Assembly (NCBI GenBank): GCA_963804575.1
Contig: CAWDQY010000004.1
Location: 332 to 64,331 of the forward strand
Direction: 5' to 3'
Length of the DNA stretch: 64,000 bases
Origin: an uncultured Chloroflexia bacterium
GTDB lineage: Bacteria; Chloroflexota; Limnocylindria; Limnocylindrales; CSP1-4
This document shows positions 1 to 10,350 of the stretch, in pieces. Made by a program: the position numbers and the translations under genes. How positions within the stretch are numbered: position 1 is the stretch's first letter; each line of letters begins with the position of its first letter. The notes under the pieces are model-generated. The model was not told the origin of the DNA and searched no databases. It worked only from the letters and a program-made list of their open reading frames with translations.

Positions 1-1007
1 CGACGCCCGCGCAGCTCGAGGCTTGGTATGGCCCGAGGCTTGGCATCGGCCTCGTCTGCGGCGCCATCTCGGGTGGTCTCGAGATGCTCGAGTTCGAGGG
101 CCGTGCGGTGGCCGAGGGCCTGCTCGAGTCCTTCATCGACGCCGCCATCGCCGCTGGCCTCGGACCCCTCGTCGAGCGCATCCGCGCCGGCTACGAGGAG
201 TGGACGCCGTCCGGTGGCGTCCACTGGCTGCTGCACGTGCCCAGCTCCCGGGCCAACACCGTGCTCGCGGCGCGGCCCGCGACGCCCGAGGAGACCGCCG
301 CGAAACCGGCTGACCGGGTCAAGGTGCTCATCGAGACCCGGGGCGAAGGCGGCTACACCATCGTCGCGCCCTCCGCGGGTGCCATCCACCCGTCCGGGCG
401 GCCCTGGCTCCTCGCGTCGGGTGGCCTCGACCGCATCGCCACGATCACCGAGGCGGAGCGCGAGGCGCTCCACGAGCTGGCGCGCCTGTTCGACGCGATG
501 CCGCCAGTCACGCCCCGCGTACCGAGCACGAGCCGCGCGCCCGTGGGTGATCGGCCCGGCGATCGCTACGACGCGCTGCCCGACCCGGAGGGCCGCATCG
601 AGGACCTGCTCGTGCGACGCGGCTGGACCGTCGTCTCGCGACGCGGTGGCACGACCTACCTGCGCCGGCCGGGCAAGGAGCAGGGCATCAGCGCCACGCT
701 CGGCCACCATCCGTGCCTGCTCATCGTGTTCAGCACGAGCACGCCCTTCGAGGCGACCTCGGCAGCCGCGCCCCGCGGCTATGGTCCCTTCGCGGTCTAC
801 ACGATCCTCGAGCACGGTGGCGATTGGAGCGCCGCCGCGGCGGCCCTCCGGCGTGGGCAGGGCGCCCCGCCGCCACCGGGCACGATCGTGATCGGTGGCC
901 CGGGCGGGGGAGCGAGCCCACGAGAACCTGGGCGACGATGGCGGGGCAGGACCGGAGGAGCAAGGCCCCGAGCCCGACGACGCCGGGCCAGCGGACGAGG
1001 GCCCTGA
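1..1007 (+). CDS. Bifunctional DNA primase/polymerase (Prim-Pol) domain protein, 5'-truncated by the window edge; the true 3' end is uncertain (about 890-1007)
   Basis: Frame 3 is open from nt 3 (TPAQLEAWYGPRLGIGLVCGAISGGLEMLEFEG...). It continues with VKVLIETRGEGGYTIVAPS and GGDWSAAAAAL, which are typical Prim-Pol N-terminal domain motifs. Confidence 0.8.
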   Translation, partial: TPAQLEAWYGPRLGIGLVCGAISGGLEMLEFEGRAVAEGLLESFIDAAIAAGLGPLVERIRAGYEEWTPSGGVHWLLHVPSSRANTVLAARPATPEETAAKPADRVKVLIETRGEGGYTIVAPSAGAIHPSGRPWLLASGGLDRIATITEAEREALHELARLFDAMPPVTPRVPSTSRAPVGDRPGDRYDALPDPEGRIEDLLVRRGWTVVSRRGGTTYLRRPGKEQGISATLGHHPCLLIVFSTSTPFEATSAAAPRGYGPFAVYTILEHGGDWSAAAAALRRGQGAPPPPGTIVIGGPGGGASPREPGRRWRGRTGGARPRARRRRASGRGP

Positions 1008-1959
1008 CGAGGAGGAGGATGGCGAGGCCGAGGAGGGCCCGCCTCCGGTCTTCGCACGCCTCGGGGCGCGGTGGTTGCGCGACGTCCCCCATGCCCCGCC
1101 ACCCGAGCTGCTGCTCGACCGGCTCGATGCCGAGGAGGACACCGTGCTCTTCGGTGCCGGGGACACCGGCAAGGGCGTCCTCGCCTGTGCCTGGATCGTG
1201 GGCCTTACCGCTGATGGCCACCGCGTGCTCGTGCTCGACTACGAGAACCATCCCGCCGAATGGTCGCGCCGCATCCGCGCCCTCGGCGGCATCGAGGCCA
1301 CCAATCGGGTCATCCACGTCAGCCCCACGGGTCCCGCCTGGCGGGGGCCACGGGGGGCCATCTGGCAGCAGCAGGGCGAGCTGCGCGAGCTCGCCGATGC
1401 CACCGGCGCCACGTTCATCGTGGTCGACAGCGCCGCGGTCGCCTGCGGTGGCGCGGACTCGCTCAAGCCCGAGGCGCCCGGGCAGTACTTCCCCGCGCTG
1501 CGCTACCTCGGTCGACCCTCGCTGACGCTCGCCCACGTGACCAAGGGTGATGACCTGCGATATCCCTTCGGCTCGGTCTTCTGGCACAACCTCGCGCGGG
1601 TCACCTGGAGTGCCGAGAAGATCGGCGCCGGGGGCCACCAGGTCATCCTCAGCCACCGCAAGGGCAACAACCACGAGCACCAGGGCAAGCAGCTCGTGAC
1701 CATCACCTGGTGGGAGGGGCTGCCCGCGGAGGTGCGCGAGGAGACCTTCAACGTGAAGCTCGCGCTGCTCATCAAGGCGGTCCTGCGGACGGAGGGTCCC
1801 TTGCCGGTGGCCAAGATCGTGGCCGCTCTCAACGCGGACCTCGACGAGGGCGACCCCCGCTTCAAGCCCGACAGCGTGCGTGCGGCCCTGCGGCGGGGCC
1901 TGCGCACCATCCCCAAGGTGTTCACCGTCAAGGACGAGGTCTGGTCGGATGTGGCTTGA
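895..1959 (+). CDS. RepA/DnaB-like AAA_25 ATPase (replicative helicase-like) with an acidic N-terminal linker and a C-terminal winged-helix-like tail
   Basis: Walker A GAGDTGKG, a Walker B-like FIVVDS, and a RecA-fold-like core. It is adjacent to the Prim-Pol gene and may originally have been fused to it. Confidence 0.7.
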   Translation: MARAGERAHENLGDDGGAGPEEQGPEPDDAGPADEGPDEEEDGEAEEGPPPVFARLGARWLRDVPHAPPPELLLDRLDAEEDTVLFGAGDTGKGVLACAWIVGLTADGHRVLVLDYENHPAEWSRRIRALGGIEATNRVIHVSPTGPAWRGPRGAIWQQQGELRELADATGATFIVVDSAAVACGGADSLKPEAPGQYFPALRYLGRPSLTLAHVTKGDDLRYPFGSVFWHNLARVTWSAEKIGAGGHQVILSHRKGNNHEHQGKQLVTITWWEGLPAEVREETFNVKLALLIKAVLRTEGPLPVAKIVAALNADLDEGDPRFKPDSVRAALRRGLRTIPKVFTVKDEVWSDVA

Positions 1960-1960
1960 G

Positions 1961-2144
1961 CTGTCGCGTGGCCTGTCGCGTCGACCCTCCGAGGTCCCTG
2001 GCCTACCTGTCGCGCATCCCGTCGCGTCCCTGTCGCGGCCACGCTCGGGGTCGTCGCGCTATCGGTCGCGAGGCTGTCGCGACGCGAAGGACCCGCGCGA
2101 CACGACAGTCCCGCCCCCCTATGTAGGGGGGCTGTCGTGTCGCG
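1961..2144. repeat. Iteron-like array: (T)GTCGCG repeated 9 times direct plus 1 inverted, ending in a 20-bp-stem palindrome
   Basis: TGTCGCG or GTCGCG starts at 1962, 1974, 2008, 2021, 2031, 2053, 2065, 2075 and 2138, with an inverted copy at 2096. The palindrome pairs 2096-2108 and 2114-2120 with 2125-2144, around loop ATGT. Confidence 0.75.
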
Positions 2145-2166
2145 TCATCGCCAGGAGGGACCGTTC

Positions 2167-2538
2167 ATGACCTACCCCTTCGTCCCTCAAGACCTCGCGG
2201 CCGAGGTCGCGCTCGTCATCCTCGAACCGCTCGACACCTACCCCTGGCTCCGCGAGCACGGCTGGACCGCGGACGGTCCGAGCGGCGCTCCCGCCCGCAT
2301 CCCCGGGTACCACGTCGTCGCCTTCGCCACCGTCGCGCGTCGCCCCGCCGGTGGTCCCTATGCCCGTCGCGTCTGGTTCGTCAAGGCCGGCGATCGCGCC
2401 GCCTATGGCGTTCACGACTGGCCCGTGGAGGCGGTCGACTCGGTGAGCGTCGCGCCACGGCGGGCCTCGCGCTCGATGGGCATCCCGCCATGGCGTGCGG
2501 AGCGCGTGGACGTAGGACCAGAGGAGGCGAGGCCATGA
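2167..2538 (+). CDS. Hypothetical protein (element-borne)
   Basis: ATG at 2167 lies 6 nt after AGGAGGGA (2153-2160). High-GC codon bias. The stop overlaps the next start (ATGA at 2535-2538). Confidence 0.5.
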   Translation: MTYPFVPQDLAAEVALVILEPLDTYPWLREHGWTADGPSGAPARIPGYHVVAFATVARRPAGGPYARRVWFVKAGDRAAYGVHDWPVEAVDSVSVAPRRASRSMGIPPWRAERVDVGPEEARP

Positions 2539-2864
2539 CGATGCCACCGGTCGACGGTCAGGCCGAGCTCGTGGTCGTCGGCGAGGTCGCCTATCTCCTG
2601 CCCGCCATCCGGCCCGACATGCCGCCACGCCTGCGGCGTCTGCTCGCGCTCCGCCGCACCGCCACGATCGCTGGTCGTTGCCCGCGCTGTGCGGCGAGTG
2701 CGACCGGGGGTGCCCCGCTGGCGCCACGGCTCGGTGAGCTCGCCATGGAGCACGAGGTCTGGTGTCCGGTCGCCGACCGGACGGTCGGGCCTCTGCTCGC
2801 CCGCTACTGGCAGGCCCACGCCCGCCGGTCAGCCACCGATGGCGGCGGAGCGACGCGCCAGTGA
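2535..2864 (+). CDS. Hypothetical Cys-containing small protein (CPRC ... C)
   Basis: ATG at 2535 is preceded by GAGGAGG (2521-2527) and shares an ATGA overlap with the upstream ORF. Confidence 0.45.
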   Translation: MTMPPVDGQAELVVVGEVAYLLPAIRPDMPPRLRRLLALRRTATIAGRCPRCAASATGGAPLAPRLGELAMEHEVWCPVADRTVGPLLARYWQAHARRSATDGGGATRQ

Positions 2865-2891
2865 GCGTCCAGCGCCGAGGCGGCCCGGCTG

Positions 2892-3061
2892 ATGGCACGC
2901 ACCCGACTGCGCCTCATCGCCACCGAGCGCGACCGTTGCGACCCCGCGCCACCACCGGCCATGAACCCCGTCGTCCTCGCGCTCGTGGCCGCACTCCGGG
3001 ACGTCGAACGTCGGCGGGGTCGAGGTACAGTCCCCTGCCCCTCGGACAGGAGGACCGCCGC

Positions 3062-3065
<4 letters not shown>
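2892..3065 (+). CDS. Possible 57-aa ORF translationally coupled to the recombinase start
   Basis: Hand translation gives MARTRLRLIATERDRCDPAPPPAMNPVVLALVAALRDVERRRGRGTVPCPSDRRTAA. Its TGA (3063-3065) overlaps the recombinase ATG (3062). It is below the ORF-track length cut-off. Confidence 0.25.
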
Positions 3066-4629
<1,564 letters not shown>

Positions 4630-4671
4630 ACAGGGATGAACGACGCGACTCGCGGGTCGCGCGGAAGCGAG

Positions 4672-4677
4672 ATTATA
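4672..4677 (-). promoter_or_regulatory. Candidate -10 box (TATAAT on the minus strand) for tRNA-Pro(CGG)
   Basis: A perfect TATAAT lies about 43 nt upstream of the tRNA 5' end in an otherwise GC-rich region. No convincing -35 was seen. Confidence 0.35.
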
Positions 4678-4975
4678 GGCCACCCGGCGCGAGCCTTCCC
4701 GCAGCCCTCCGCTCGTGACGGCCGCGACAACCGGCCGGCGACAGGGCCGACATCACACGTCCATCGGGCGGACCGTCGCCTGTCACCCCTCACGCGAGGT
4801 GATGACGGTTGGCGTCACGCCGCAGTCCACTCGGCTCGTGACGAGGCAAGGGCGTGGCCCGACGATTCGGTTACGCCTTCGGGACGTGCCGCGGCTCCTC
4901 CCGCCACGGAATCCCGCCTGACGATGCCGGGCTTATCCGCGATCAACCGCGCCCCGGCCACCTGGGAGGAAACTG

Positions 4976-6151
4976 TTGCACGCCCTGCGGAACCTCGGCC
5001 GGCGCAAGGTGCGCACGACGCTCACCATCCTCGGCATCACCATCGGCATCTGGGCCCTCGTGGTGTTCGGCTCGATGGCCAACAAGATCGGCGCTCTCGT
5101 GGAGGGCGGCAGCAACTACTACACCGACAAGATCATCCTGAGTGACGCCTCGGGCTCCCTGGGCGGCTTCGCCAGCGTCCCCATGGCGCTCAGCACCGCC
5201 GATCTCGTGCGGGCCATCGACGGCGTCGACGCCGTGGCTCCCGGGGTCATGCTACTCATGGACGACCAGGGGGGCGGGATGACTATGGGCGTGCCCGCGA
5301 TGATCAGCGGCAACGTGGCGGGGGCTGATGAAGGACGCGACGACTTCCAGTACGACTACTCGCAGGGCCGCGCCCTGACCGCGGCCGACGAGGGCACCGA
5401 TGTGACCGTGCTTGGCTCAGACATCGCGCGCAAGCACGACATGGCGGTGGGTGACACGATGAACCTCAGGGGTGAGCCCTTCACGGTCGTGGGCATCCTT
5501 GAGCCGACGCTCACCGCCCCAGACCAGGCAGCGACGATCCCCATGGCCGCCGCCCAGCGGTTGCTCATCGAGACCCTGCCCCCGATGTTCCGCTCGCGGC
5601 TCGATGCCGCCGAGGCGGCCACGAGCATGACCGTCTACCCCACGCCTGGCGTCGACATCGAGGCGCTGGCCGACCGGATCGAGGCGGAGGTGCCCGACGT
5701 GGCCACCATGACGGGTGCCGACTTCGACCGCCAGGTCGGCTCGGCCACCTCGATCCTGAACTCGATCCTCATCGGGGTCGCGCTCATCAGCCTCATCGTC
5801 GGTGGTCTCTCGGTCATCAACACGATGGCCATGTCGATCGCCGAGCGGACACGAGAGATCGGCGTGAAACGAGCCATCGGTGGTGGTCGTGCCCGCATCG
5901 TGCGCGAACTCGTCTTCGAGTCGGCGCTCATCGGCTTCATCGGCGGCGTCGTGGGCCTGGTCCTCGGGGCCATCGTCGTCACGTTCGCCAACGAGGCCGG
6001 CCGAGCGTCGGGCACGGTGCTGTTCGAGCTCACCACCGGCACCGCCATCACCGCCATCGCCTTCGGCACCATCCTCGGTGCCCTGGCCGGCTTCGTGCCC
6101 GCGCTCCACGCGGCCCGACTCGATCCCGTCACCGCCCTGCGCTACGAATGA
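4976..6151 (+). CDS. ABC transporter permease, FtsX/MacB family
   Basis: N-terminal TM helix (LRNLGRRKVRTTLTILGITIGIWALV), a large periplasmic loop, and a C-terminal FtsX-like 3-TM block ending LDPVTALRYE. TTG start. Confidence 0.85.
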   Translation: MHALRNLGRRKVRTTLTILGITIGIWALVVFGSMANKIGALVEGGSNYYTDKIILSDASGSLGGFASVPMALSTADLVRAIDGVDAVAPGVMLLMDDQGGGMTMGVPAMISGNVAGADEGRDDFQYDYSQGRALTAADEGTDVTVLGSDIARKHDMAVGDTMNLRGEPFTVVGILEPTLTAPDQAATIPMAAAQRLLIETLPPMFRSRLDAAEAATSMTVYPTPGVDIEALADRIEAEVPDVATMTGADFDRQVGSATSILNSILIGVALISLIVGGLSVINTMAMSIAERTREIGVKRAIGGGRARIVRELVFESALIGFIGGVVGLVLGAIVVTFANEAGRASGTVLFELTTGTAITAIAFGTILGALAGFVPALHAARLDPVTALRYE

Positions 6152-6885
6152 GCGCCTCACCAGCAGGAGCCCCGGCCATGCCACTCCTCGAAGGCCACGA
6201 CCTTCGCAAGACCTATCGACTCAGCAAGCGCAACCACGTGGCGGCGCTGCGCGGGGTCGACGTCACCATCGACTCCGGTGAGATGGTCGCCATCATGGGC
6301 CCGTCCGGGTCGGGCAAGTCCACGCTCATGCACATCCTCGGCCTGCTCCATGCGCCCGACCTGAACGACGGGCCGCGGCCGCGGCTCTCGTTCGGAGGAC
6401 GGGACATGGTCGAGCTGGGCGACTCGGAGCGGACTCGCATCAGGGCGCGCGAGATGGGCTTCGTCTTCCAGGAGTTCAACCTCATCCCGACCCTCACCGC
6501 GCTCGAGAACACCGTGCTCGCCGGTGACTACGCCGGGGTCGGTGGGAGGCAGGCGCGCCAGGCATCGCTCGAGGCTCTCGACCTGGTGGGCTTGGCCGAT
6601 CGAGCCGAGCACCGTCCCTCGGAGCTCTCGGGCGGCGAGCAGCAGCGGGTCGCCATCGCCCGGGCGCTGGTCAACCGGCCCTCACTCATCCTTGCGGACG
6701 AGCCGACCGGCAACCTCGACTCGGAGCGCTCGGAGGAGGTCCTGCGCATCCTGCGCCAGTCCAACCAGGAGCGAGGGCAGACCTTCATCCTCGTGACGCA
6801 CGACCCCGACGTGGGCGCGGCCTGCGACCGCATCGTTCGCATGCGCGACGGCAAGATCCGGGACGATCGACCGGTCAGCGCATAA
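6148..6885 (+). CDS. ABC transporter ATP-binding protein (MacB/LolD-like)
   Basis: Walker A GPSGSGKST, signature LSGGEQQRVAIARAL, Walker B LILADEPTGNLD. ATGA overlap with the permease gene; an alternative start is at 6178. Confidence 0.9.
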   Translation: MSASPAGAPAMPLLEGHDLRKTYRLSKRNHVAALRGVDVTIDSGEMVAIMGPSGSGKSTLMHILGLLHAPDLNDGPRPRLSFGGRDMVELGDSERTRIRAREMGFVFQEFNLIPTLTALENTVLAGDYAGVGGRQARQASLEALDLVGLADRAEHRPSELSGGEQQRVAIARALVNRPSLILADEPTGNLDSERSEEVLRILRQSNQERGQTFILVTHDPDVGAACDRIVRMRDGKIRDDRPVSA

Positions 6886-6912
6886 GGCCGGCGCCATGAC
6901 CGCCGTTGGTGC

Positions 6913-8062
6913 CTAGCGCGGCGCCTGGAATCTCGGGTTGGTCTCGGCCGCCGGTACACGCGGTACCAGGGCCGCCACCACCACCGAGGCGGCGACGAAC
7001 AGCCAGAAGGCCCCGCCGATGCCGATGAGGTCCGAGGTCGTGCCGATGATGGCCGGGCCGGCCATGAAGGTCAGCGTCAGGGAGGTGAAGACGGCCGACA
7101 GCGACGGGCCGCCGGGCGGGATCCGTCCGGCCGCACCGAAGATCTGGGGCACGGTGTTGGCGATGCCGACGCCCGCGATGACCATCCCCACCAGCCCGAC
7201 CCATGCGATCTGGCACGAGCAGGAAGGCCGCGATGGAGCCTGCCGCCAGCAGCATGCCCCACTGGGTCAGCCGGATGGAGCCGATGCGGTCCTTGGTCCA
7301 GTCACCGCCGATGCGACCCGCGAACAGCCCGACCGAGAAGGCGGCGAACGCCAGCGCGGCGATGGACTCATCGGCGCCGACGCCCTGGTCCATGTAGATA
7401 CCGCCCCAATCGGTCAGACCGCCCTCCACGAAGGCGATCAGGATGATGAGGCCGGCCAGGGGCAGCACGGCGCGCGTGGGCAGGTGCAGGCCCTTGGCGC
7501 TCTCGGTCCTGGTCGTGCCGGTGCCCAGGAAGCGACTGGCGGCCAGGGCCAGGAGCCATAGCAGGATGCCAGCCAGGAAGGCCTCCGCCACGGGCTCGAT
7601 GGCGCGCGAGAGCGCGATCGCCACGCCCACCGACCCGATGACAGCGCCAAGGGACCAGCCCGCATGCAGGCCAGACATGATCGACTTGCCGCCGCTGCCC
7701 TCCAACCCCACGCCGTGCGCGTTCATGGTGACGTCCATCGTCGTACTGGCGTAGCCGAAGATGAACAGCGCCAGGATGAGCAGGGGGATCGATGGCGCCG
7801 CGATGGGCAGCACGACCAGCAAGGGATAGGCCAGCGCGGACACCACCAGCAGGCGCTGGCTGGAGACTCGCACCAGCAGCTGCCCGGTGATCTGCTGGGC
7901 GACGAGCGCACCCATCGGCGCGAAGAGCAAGGCCAGGCCGAACTCCCCGTCGGACACCCCGAGATCCCGCTTGATGGCCGGGATGGACGCGACCCAGGTG
8001 CCGATGACCGCACCGTTGACGACGAACATGAGGAACGTCGCCAGGCGGGGGCTCATCGTCAT
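6913..8062 (-). pseudogene. MFS transporter, one frameshift near 7210
   Basis: The 12-TM-like hydrophobic profile is split between ORF 6875..8062 and ORF 6913..7191. The reading ...IAAFLLVP continues as IAWVGLVGMVIAGVGIANTVPQIF after a 1-nt shift. Confidence 0.75.
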
Positions 8063-8136
8063 GGCGAGGGAGTGCTCAGGCGGGGGGCGGCGTGAACGGA
8101 CCGAACCTGCGGGTCACTCGCCGGCCTTGACGATGG

Positions 8137-8604
8137 TCACTTGCCGGCCTTGAAGGGATAGATGACCCAGTCGTCGGTCTCGACGATGTAGTGGTCCGGC
8201 ACGATGTCCACGCGCGAGCGGCCCGGCTTGTAGTGCAGCACGGCGGTCACCGGCTCTCCACCGGCGGCGCGGATGCGGGCGGACACGGCAGCGATGGTGG
8301 TGCCGGAGTCCCAGACCTCGTCGACGATGAGCACGCGCTTGCCGCGCAGCAGGTCGTCGGACGGGAACTGCAGGAACTCGGCGGCACCACGGAAGCCCTG
8401 CTCGTCGTCGTACACCACGACGGCCGCGAGCAGCATGTCGCGCCAGCCCATGCGATAGCCGAGCATGCCCGCGGGCACCAGCCCCCCGCGCGAGATGGCC
8501 AGCACCACGTCCGGCTCCGGACCCGCACGGAGACGCTCGGCCAGCTGCGCGACGAGGTCGTCGAGGTCTTGCCAGGAGACGTTGATCTTCACGGGATCGG
8601 GCAT
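8137..8604 (-). CDS. Phosphoribosyltransferase (purine PRT, Gpt/Hpt-like)
   Basis: PRPP-binding motif VLIVDEVWDSGTT. About 155 aa, typical of type I PRTases. Confidence 0.8.
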   Translation of the reverse strand: MPDPVKINVSWQDLDDLVAQLAERLRAGPEPDVVLAISRGGLVPAGMLGYRMGWRDMLLAAVVVYDDEQGFRGAAEFLQFPSDDLLRGKRVLIVDEVWDSGTTIAAVSARIRAAGGEPVTAVLHYKPGRSRVDIVPDHYIVETDDWVIYPFKAGK

Positions 8605-8847
8605 GTCAGCAGCCTACACGACCGGCACGGCGGTGAGGGAACAGGCGGTCGGTCACTGGCGGGCGGGCGCGGGCAGGGCGGGGCGCGCAGAGGGCACGGG
8701 CCGGGGCACGGCCGCGCCGGCTGCTGCCGCCCGCAGTGGAGTGGCCGGCCCTACCGTAGACTGACAGCCGCGCATCGCGTGGTGCGCCCGACCGGTGGCG
8801 AGAACGCCAGGCCAAGGGTCCACCGGCCCCCAACCAGGAGCATCAGC

Positions 8848-9381
8848 ATGGCTTTCGGACCGATCCAGCTCTTCACCTTCGGCTTCCCCTCCACGGACGG
8901 CTTCGAGGGTCACATCGCCGAGGAGTTGGTCAAGCTCAGCGACGCCGGCATCATCCGCATCATCGACGCGCTCGCCGTCATCGCCGATGGCGATGAGGTC
9001 GACATCCTGCGCGTCTCCGACCTCGACGACGAGCAGCGCGAAGACCTGGGCATGCAGGTGGGCGCCCTGCTGGGCCTGGGCATGGCCGGCCTGGAGGGCT
9101 TCATCGAGGGCGCCGAGGCGGGCGCCGAGATCGGCCGGGAAGGCGGCTTCGGGCTCGTCGAGGCCATCGGTGAGGACCTCATCGAGGAGCTGCCCGACGG
9201 CGCGGCCGCACTCGTGCTCATCGTCGAGCACGCCTGGGCGGTGCCGTTCCGCGACGCGGTGGTGGACGCCGGAGGCATCCTGCTCGCCAACCAGTGGCTG
9301 GGCGCACAGGACCTCGTCGAACTGGGCGTGGCGCTCGGTGTCGTGGCCAGCCTGGAAGACCACACCGGGCACGACCACTAG
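8848..9381 (+). CDS. DUF6325/DUF1269-like protein
   Basis: ATG at 8848 follows AGGAG (8836-8840). The N-terminus MAFGPIQLFTFGFPSTDGFEGHIAEELVKLSDAGIIRIIDALAV matches my recollection of this family. Confidence 0.6.
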   Translation: MAFGPIQLFTFGFPSTDGFEGHIAEELVKLSDAGIIRIIDALAVIADGDEVDILRVSDLDDEQREDLGMQVGALLGLGMAGLEGFIEGAEAGAEIGREGGFGLVEAIGEDLIEELPDGAAALVLIVEHAWAVPFRDAVVDAGGILLANQWLGAQDLVELGVALGVVASLEDHTGHDH

Positions 9382-9384
9382 CGG

Positions 9385-9412
9385 ATGACGCCGGGCGTGA
9401 ACGCCCGGTCAT
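9385..9412 (+). terminator. Stem-loop downstream of the DUF6325-like gene (no U-tract)
   Basis: ATGACGCCGGGCG TGAA CGCCCGGTCAT, starting 4 nt after the stop codon. Confidence 0.45.
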
Positions 9413-9502
9413 GACCGAGTCGGGTCGGGCGCGCCTGGCATGGCCGCCCGGCCCGTCCTGCCCACGGCGGTCGCACCGGTACACTGCGGGCGGGAGGTGA
9501 CC

Positions 9503-10348
9503 ATGACGTTGACGTGGGATGGGCGAGAATGCTGGGCGGTGGTGCTCGGCGCCAGCAGCGGCTTCGGGGCTGCGGCAGCCAAGGCCTGGGCGCGAGCCGG
9601 CTTCGGCATCATCGGGGTGCACCTGGACCTGCGCGGCACCCTCGCGACCGCCGAGGCGGTGCGCGAGGAGATCGCGGCCACCGGCATGCCGGTCGTCTTC
9701 CACAACGTCAATGCCGCCGATGACGCCAAGCGCGAGCACGTCATCGAGTCGATCGGCGAGCTCTTCGAGCAACGGCGCGCCGAGGGTGCACGGCCCATGG
9801 TCGGTGCCCTGCTGCATTCGCTCGCCTTCGGCACCACGCTTCACTACATCACCGACGATGCCGCTCGCAAGGAGCTGTCGCGCCGGCAGCTGGAGATGAC
9901 CGCCGATGTCATGGCGCACTCGCTGCTCTACTGGACACGCGACCTGTACCACGCCGGGTTGCTTCAGCGCGGCAGCCGCATCTATGCCATGTCCAGCGAA
10001 GGCGCCACCCTGGCCGTCCCCACCTACGGCGCCGTCAGTGCCGCCAAGGCGGCCCTCGAAGCCCACGTGCGACAGCTGGCGCTGGAGCTGGCCCACGCAG
10101 GGATCACCGTCAATGCCATCCGCGCCGGCGTCACCGACACCCCGGCCCTGCGGCGCATCCCCGGCTGGCCGCAACTGGTGGAAGCGGCCAGCAGCCGCAA
10201 TCCGCACGATCGCCTGACCACGCCCCAGGACGTTGCCGATGCCCTGACGGTGCTGGCCACGCCGCAGACGCACTGGATGACCGGCAACATCATCGGCGTC
10301 GACGGTGGCGAGGCCATGGGCAGCAGGGAATTGGCCGAGATCGCCTAG
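9503..10348 (+). CDS. SDR-family oxidoreductase (enoyl-ACP reductase-like)
   Basis: GASSGFG nucleotide-binding motif and YGAVSAAK (YxxxK catalytic pair). ATG at 9503 follows GGGAGG. Confidence 0.75.
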   Translation: MTLTWDGRECWAVVLGASSGFGAAAAKAWARAGFGIIGVHLDLRGTLATAEAVREEIAATGMPVVFHNVNAADDAKREHVIESIGELFEQRRAEGARPMVGALLHSLAFGTTLHYITDDAARKELSRRQLEMTADVMAHSLLYWTRDLYHAGLLQRGSRIYAMSSEGATLAVPTYGAVSAAKAALEAHVRQLALELAHAGITVNAIRAGVTDTPALRRIPGWPQLVEAASSRNPHDRLTTPQDVADALTVLATPQTHWMTGNIIGVDGGEAMGSRELAEIA

Positions 10349-10350
10349 CG

